The translations under genes and the position numbers were made by a program. From the IMG/VR virus record IMGVR_UViG_3300028591_000122, positions 32,001 through 96,000 of that record: a stretch of DNA of 64,000 nt; one strand, given 5' to 3'. Below are positions 58,764 to 64,000 of the stretch, in pieces; the stretch's first letter is position 1; each line of letters starts with the position of its first letter. Source of the stretch: a virus. Its lineage: Duplodnaviria > Caudoviricetes. The notes beneath the pieces were generated by a model that worked only from the letters and a program-made list of their open reading frames with translations, ran no database searches and was not told the DNA's origin.

Positions 58764-59627
58764 ATGGCAAAAGTAATTATGACAAGTGATGAATTAGTCG
58801 CAAGACTTGAAACACTTGCTAATAAAAAAACATTTTATAAAAATAAATATCCGTATAATTTAGGTTTGGTTGCACCGCCTAAAAGTCAAAAAGAATTTTC
58901 AGATATTGTAAGTAAAAAGACTAGATGGAACTATAATCCTTATAACGAACTTGCAAGGTCTTTTGATTGCAATAATCTCTTAAAGGCTTTATTGAACGGC
59001 TACGACATTAATAACAACACCGTTGGTTATTATCAAGCAAACTTAAGTAACACGGGTGATTGTTCGGAGTATAGGCTTTTACAGCAATGCTCTAATATTT
59101 CTAAAGACTTTACCAAACTTAATGCCGTTTCTTTACTGTATATGTCTGGACACGTTGGCACGTATATAGCCAAAGAAGTTGTTCGTAATGGCAAAACCTA
59201 TAATGTAATCGAATGTACACCTGCATTTGGTAACGGTGTAGTTTATTCTTGGGTTGATACCAACGGAACAAGACGCGAATGCAAAGGCGGTGAAGCGAGA
59301 GGAGTATGGACACAACACGGATTATTTACTCCTTGGGTTTCGTACTCTGGTACAACGCAACCTTCTCAACCTACCAAAGTAGATGTGAGCAAATATCCCT
59401 TATTGCGTATGGTATATAATGCAAAAACAAAAACGTATACCACGAGGGGTTCTTATGTTCTTAAACTTCAACGGATTCTTGTAAGCAAAGGATATGACCC
59501 TAAAGGTTGTGACTCAGTTTTTGGTCCCGGTTGCGACAAGGCGGTTCGACAATTCCAGAAAGATTCTGGGCTTGTGGTAGACGGTAAAGTTGGTCCGAAG
59601 ACTTGGGACAAACTTATAAACGGATAA
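58764..59627 (+). CDS. endolysin: NlpC/P60-like cysteine peptidase plus peptidoglycan-binding domain
   Basis: FDC...GHVG.Y...VIECT catalytic pattern; LQRIL...DSVFGP...AVRQFQ...LVVDGKVGPKTW. Confidence 0.8.
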   Translation: MAKVIMTSDELVARLETLANKKTFYKNKYPYNLGLVAPPKSQKEFSDIVSKKTRWNYNPYNELARSFDCNNLLKALLNGYDINNNTVGYYQANLSNTGDCSEYRLLQQCSNISKDFTKLNAVSLLYMSGHVGTYIAKEVVRNGKTYNVIECTPAFGNGVVYSWVDTNGTRRECKGGEARGVWTQHGLFTPWVSYSGTTQPSQPTKVDVSKYPLLRMVYNAKTKTYTTRGSYVLKLQRILVSKGYDPKGCDSVFGPGCDKAVRQFQKDSGLVVDGKVGPKTWDKLING

Positions 59628-59640
59628 GGAGGGACTATAA

Positions 59641-59988
59641 GTGATTCCTACTTGTGAAATTATCCCCACAAAAGTGGAGATATATAGGGGAACTACCCCT
59701 ACTATTATGGTTCATCTTCGTAATATTGACTTTGAAATGAGCGATATAGCAAAAGCACAAGTTACTCTCGAAGATGACAGAGGACGCAATCAAAAGGTAT
59801 TTAATGACCCAACGATTGACCAAGAAAACAAAACTATTTCTATCGAACTTTCGCAAGCTGATACACTCTCATATGACTATGGTATGCTCAACTTACAAAT
59901 CCGTATTAAACTTAATAGCGGACGAGTTGCTCCTACGAAAATCTACTCAATAAAAATGGGTAGAACTCTTAATGAGGAAATCTTATGA
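59641..59988 (+). CDS. BppU N-terminal-like baseplate/fibre adaptor
   Basis: RGTTPT...LSQADTL...LQIRI motif. Confidence 0.6.
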   Translation: MIPTCEIIPTKVEIYRGTTPTIMVHLRNIDFEMSDIAKAQVTLEDDRGRNQKVFNDPTIDQENKTISIELSQADTLSYDYGMLNLQIRIKLNSGRVAPTKIYSIKMGRTLNEEIL

Positions 59989-60416
59989 TAGACGGTACTA
60001 TAAATACTACTCTGCATATTGATGCGGATTTAATAGATAGTAAACCTCTTGAAGCGGATATTACAACTACTTCTAACATTGACGGAGAAATACAAACACC
60101 TGATTTGTTAGAAGCAGATGTAGCACCGCAGAACTCGGAAATAGGAGCAACATTAGAAACAGGAACTTTAATTGGTAACGGAGAGGGTTCAACGGTTATA
60201 GTTAACCCTCCCGATGAACCAAGTGGTCATATGAGAACTATTAAGGTTAATACGGAAACCTATGATTTAGACGAAGTAGACCCTACTGTTCCGCAATGGG
60301 CAAAGACACCCAGTAAGCCTAATTACACGGCAGAAGAAGTTGGAGCAGTAGACGCAGACAACGAATTAGCATACGCAGAAATAGATAGAATGTTTAACGC
60401 AGTATTTGGCATTTAA
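59985..60416 (+). CDS. tail fibre-associated protein
   Basis: EVDPTVPQWAK..KPNYTAEEVGA fibre motif. Confidence 0.65.
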   Translation: MIDGTINTTLHIDADLIDSKPLEADITTTSNIDGEIQTPDLLEADVAPQNSEIGATLETGTLIGNGEGSTVIVNPPDEPSGHMRTIKVNTETYDLDEVDPTVPQWAKTPSKPNYTAEEVGAVDADNELAYAEIDRMFNAVFGI

Positions 60417-60429
60417 GAGGAGGAATGTA

Positions 60430-61050
60430 ATGTCACAGACAATAAACTATATCGGCTCTGTCGATACTTTATACATATTAACAAAACTCAAAGCCGTTTT
60501 ACAGGCTGGATGGGTTGCTAAGGACGGAACAAAACAGTTATCAGATGAGAACTTTACTTCCGCTCTTAAAACTAAACTTGAAGGAATTTCTGCTGGTGCT
60601 ACAGCTACTTCTTTTACCCAGACTTTAGCACAGGGAACAAAGATAGGTGAGATTACTATTGATGGAACTACTATCAATGTATACGCTCCTGAACCTCAAG
60701 GAATAACAATTGATACACAGATGTCAGATGTATCGGAAAATGCTGTTCAAAATAAGGTAATTAAGCAGTATGTTGATGATGCAGTAGGCTCTGTTGTCGG
60801 TGTTGAATTTAGAAAAGTACAGGCTCTCCCTCAAACTGGTGAGAATGGTGTTATATATTTGTTACCGAAGTCAGGAACTCCACCTACAGGCAACGTCTAT
60901 GAAGAGTATATTTGGATATCTTCAGACTCTGCTTATGAGAAGATTGGTGAGACTTCTATTGACTTAAGCGGTTATGTACAGAGTAGTGACCTTGTTGAGA
61001 TAACCACAAGCGATATTGATACGATGTTTGCTACTGTATTCGGTAGTTAA
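60430..61050 (+). CDS. tail/head fibre protein
   Basis: KQLSDENFT..KTKL, SENAVQNKVI, LPQTGENGVIYL...YEEYIW...IDLSGY motifs. Confidence 0.7.
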   Translation: MSQTINYIGSVDTLYILTKLKAVLQAGWVAKDGTKQLSDENFTSALKTKLEGISAGATATSFTQTLAQGTKIGEITIDGTTINVYAPEPQGITIDTQMSDVSENAVQNKVIKQYVDDAVGSVVGVEFRKVQALPQTGENGVIYLLPKSGTPPTGNVYEEYIWISSDSAYEKIGETSIDLSGYVQSSDLVEITTSDIDTMFATVFGS

Positions 61051-61074
61051 GAATGGTAAGGACGGTGATTGCTT

Positions 61075-63174
61075 ATGTCATGGGATATTTTACCTAAGAA
61101 CGTCCTGCAATATTTTCTTACAAAACTAAAAGGTTTGATGTACACCAAAACTGAAGTTGATAGTTTGATTCCAGATTCCCTTTCGGATTTATCAGATGAT
61201 TCAACTCATAGACTTGTAACTGATACCGAGAAAACGGCTTGGAGTGGCAAGAGCGTTGTTTCAGCCAATCCACAGAGCACCACAGAAACTTTAAGCGGAA
61301 TTGAAATTGATGGAACTGGATATACATTTCCCGGTTCGAGTTCAGTAACTGGCGTAAAAGGTTCTGCGGAACAGAATTATCGGACTGGAGATGTTAGTAT
61401 CAGTGCTAATAATGTTGGAGCACTAGGAGTTGTTGGTAATGTTACGGTGTCATCTTTGGATGATTTAGTCGCATTATGTTTAAATAGTGGTAATAATAAA
61501 GCATTTGAAGGACCAATAAATATTTCTACGGATATTGGTGTTGGAATGACTGGATGGTGTAATACTATTGGTGCTTGTTTAAATGCACCTAATAACGGAA
61601 ATAGTAATATTGGACTATTTTGTTTATTTATGTCCACAAGAACTTCTGTGAATCCTAGATACGCAATAATCGACGGAAAAACAACCGGGAATTATTCGGT
61701 AACTGCTACTGGCATATTTACAAAAAGTTCGGATATACCAGATATTTCTACAAAAGTGTCTAAGTCTGGCGATACTATGACAGGAGCATTATCATTTAAT
61801 GCTGATATGGTTCAAATAGTACATAGAAACAATTCATCGTGGTATTGTTATGAAGCATATGAAACAGCTGGAAACGAAGCAATGGTTTATGCAACTCAAC
61901 AAGGTAAGTCTAGTTTCATATGGGTAAATGGTGAAGATAGAGCAAATGTTGCTAATAATAGATGGCAATCATTAATCCCAGGATTACAAATTAAAAATAA
62001 TTGTGTATCTATTGGAAAATTAATAGAAAATGATGTAATGCCATCATATAAGTTAGAAGTAAATGGTGTAACAAAATCTACTGCATTTGATGGTAATTTG
62101 AAATATACTCATACTAACGAAATTAATTTCGGTGGTGGTAATCAATCTATTTGTTATTTCAATTATAGAAATGCTGATACTGAACAAGCAGCTGCTGTTA
62201 GTAGTATGGCGTATAAATTTTGTAATTATAGTAACGATACATCAAAGAGTAATATCCTTGCTGGATATTTTAATGGCTATACAATAGGAAAATCAGTACC
62301 ATCGAATGCCGTTTTTTCAGATGCCAATGTAGCACAGACTAACACCACAGGCAATGCAGCATATAGAGTTTTATATTCTGTAAATGCTGATGATGCAGAT
62401 AGAGTAGAGGGGGCAAGAAAAGGTCGAATATATTTTAATCCGAGCAATGGAATGTTTTGGGCAAGTAATGGTACTAACCAATTTCAAATAGGTAATAATT
62501 ATTTGTATTTGAATGGAAAAATAACTTTAATACAAGCTGGTAATCAACAATTAACAATATCAGCAACTACTTCTGCTAGTGGTGAAACAAATTATAGAGT
62601 AGCATTAGGCGTTTACAATAATGCTTGGACTTTTAAGCCATTTACTGATAAATCTTTGACTCTTGGTCAAAGTAGTGAAAGATGGGGACAAATATATTCA
62701 TCAAATTCTGCAATTTCAACATCTGATAGGAAAGAAAAGAAAGATATTGTTTCGCTTGATGAATTTGCTAGAACTTTAATAATGTCACTTAACCCAGTTT
62801 CATACAAATTTAAAGATGGAGACTCTGGACGAACCCATTATGGCATGATAGCTCAAGATGTCGAAGATTCACTAGAAGAACTTGGAATAACGGCTATAGA
62901 CATTGCTGCTTTTTGCAAAGATAAAAAATTAAAAGATATTCCAGTATTCTCAGGGCAAAGAGATTCTAAAGGAAATCCTATATATGATAAAAAGCAAGTG
63001 CCAATACCGGGTGAATACGTCTACGGTCTTCGTTATGAAGAGTTCATAGCACCTATAATTAAGACGGAACAACTTCAACAAGAAGATATTAACTCTCTTA
63101 AAGAAGAGATTTCTTTGCTTAAAGAAGAAATTGCATTACTTAAACAAAGATTAAAAATATTGGAGGACAAATAA
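61075..63174 (+). CDS. tail fibre/spike with C-terminal intramolecular chaperone (peptidase S74) domain
   Basis: TSDRKEKKDI...LNPVSYKF...HYGMIAQDVE...LRYEEFIAP followed by a coiled coil. Confidence 0.85.
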   Translation: MSWDILPKNVLQYFLTKLKGLMYTKTEVDSLIPDSLSDLSDDSTHRLVTDTEKTAWSGKSVVSANPQSTTETLSGIEIDGTGYTFPGSSSVTGVKGSAEQNYRTGDVSISANNVGALGVVGNVTVSSLDDLVALCLNSGNNKAFEGPINISTDIGVGMTGWCNTIGACLNAPNNGNSNIGLFCLFMSTRTSVNPRYAIIDGKTTGNYSVTATGIFTKSSDIPDISTKVSKSGDTMTGALSFNADMVQIVHRNNSSWYCYEAYETAGNEAMVYATQQGKSSFIWVNGEDRANVANNRWQSLIPGLQIKNNCVSIGKLIENDVMPSYKLEVNGVTKSTAFDGNLKYTHTNEINFGGGNQSICYFNYRNADTEQAAAVSSMAYKFCNYSNDTSKSNILAGYFNGYTIGKSVPSNAVFSDANVAQTNTTGNAAYRVLYSVNADDADRVEGARKGRIYFNPSNGMFWASNGTNQFQIGNNYLYLNGKITLIQAGNQQLTISATTSASGETNYRVALGVYNNAWTFKPFTDKSLTLGQSSERWGQIYSSNSAISTSDRKEKKDIVSLDEFARTLIMSLNPVSYKFKDGDSGRTHYGMIAQDVEDSLEELGITAIDIAAFCKDKKLKDIPVFSGQRDSKGNPIYDKKQVPIPGEYVYGLRYEEFIAPIIKTEQLQQEDINSLKEEISLLKEEIALLKQRLKILEDK

Positions 63175-63402
63175 ATGGACGAAAAATACGTAGTAATTGA
63201 AATGCAGACTAATGCTGATGGTACGGTGGCAACGTTGACTGATAGTTTTCCGACTATCGAAGCGGCTTACAACAAGTATTACACTATATTGGCTTATGCC
63301 GCAGTATCAACATTGCCTTGTCATTCAGCAGCTTTAATGACAAACAAAGGTATGCTTTGGGAAAGCAAATACTTTGAACATCCTTTATTGGAAGAAGAAT
63401 AA
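63175..63402 (+). CDS. small conserved phage protein (fibre-associated)
   Basis: YVVIEMQT...KYYTILAYAAVS..PCHSA; GGAGG-like RBS. Confidence 0.6.
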   Translation: MDEKYVVIEMQTNADGTVATLTDSFPTIEAAYNKYYTILAYAAVSTLPCHSAALMTNKGMLWESKYFEHPLLEEE

Positions 63403-63494
63403 TCGATGTAATTATATTTATTACATTGATTTTGTGATGTGTTGTAAAAACTATATTGTATTCTAAAAAAACATGGAAAGAATAGGGAGGTACC

Positions 63495-64000
63495 ATGCAG
63501 CTTAATTTATTTTTAGAAGAAGACTTAGATTTATTCAGAATGGAGTGTAATTTTTCCGATACGGAAAGTCAAATCTTTGAATTAAAAGCCAAAGGCAAAA
63601 CAGACGTTTATGTGTCTGACGTATTAGGAATGTCCGCTTCCAATGTTGCCGTCTATATGCGTAAGATACGAGCAAAGATAGACGAAGTATTGCGACGAAA
63701 TGTAAGACATATAAACACACAAGAATCTACCACTTGTAGTAGGTGTGTTGTTTGTCATTCTATGGGAGAATGGGCAAAGATACCAGACTTCTTATCTGGT
63801 AAGGGAGTGCTTTATATTTATTCCGATTATCGTACAGAGAATGGAATAGATATACCTCGTATCAAAATAGGCGATGGAGTACGTTCTTTATCAGACATTC
63901 CTTTTGCAACCATGTCTATTACAGATGACGATATAGCATATTGGGATGATAAACCTGATATTGACAGTAATGGGTTTGGACAAATAACAGAGATAGACGA
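63495..64000 (+). CDS. LuxR/sigma4-like HTH protein fused to a KIGDG tail-fibre-type domain (runs off the window)
   Basis: Manually read: CNFSDTESQIFELKAKG...LGMSASNV...RKIRAKI, then LYIYSDY...PRIKIGDG; GGGAGG RBS. Confidence 0.65.
   Translation, partial: MQLNLFLEEDLDLFRMECNFSDTESQIFELKAKGKTDVYVSDVLGMSASNVAVYMRKIRAKIDEVLRRNVRHINTQESTTCSRCVVCHSMGEWAKIPDFLSGKGVLYIYSDYRTENGIDIPRIKIGDGVRSLSDIPFATMSITDDDIAYWDDKPDIDSNGFGQITEID

Noticed and set aside
1-64000. Stop-codon reassignment suggested by the odd tRNA
   Set aside because: Genes are full length under code 11, and TAA, TAG and TGA all end genes directly before new RBSs.

Overview
A 64-kb segment of a large, low-GC tailed phage (siphovirus-like) with Firmicutes-type Shine-Dalgarno signals; a Clostridia/Lachnospiraceae-like host is inferred. 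It has two divergent arms. The left arm (1-9220, minus strand) holds about 20 small unknown early-type genes plus a Zn-ribbon protein/M28-peptidase pair. A ~1.2-kb non-coding switch region (9221-10441) carries hairpins, iteron-like repeats and sigmaA-type promoters. The right arm (plus strand) follows the gene order of the Bacillus phage SPbeta yonO-yonN-terminase-portal-capsid block: a YonO-like single-subunit RNA polymerase, an HU-like protein, terminase, portal, protease/scaffold, capsid, neck and tail genes, a 4215-aa tape measure protein, baseplate, and a cluster of modular tail-fibre/receptor-binding genes with an endolysin. Highlights: receptor-binding proteins built by plugging lectin-type cargo domains into split copies of short conserved scaffold modules; a JAB-like metalloprotease motif inside the tape measure protein; two aberrant tRNA-like RNAs; structured RNAs between terminase and portal and in the early leader; a GH25 lysin lacking its catalytic DxE motif near a GT2 glycosyltransferase; and an HTH fused to a tail-fibre-type domain. 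All calls come from manual motif reading and synteny; no searches or folding programs were run.
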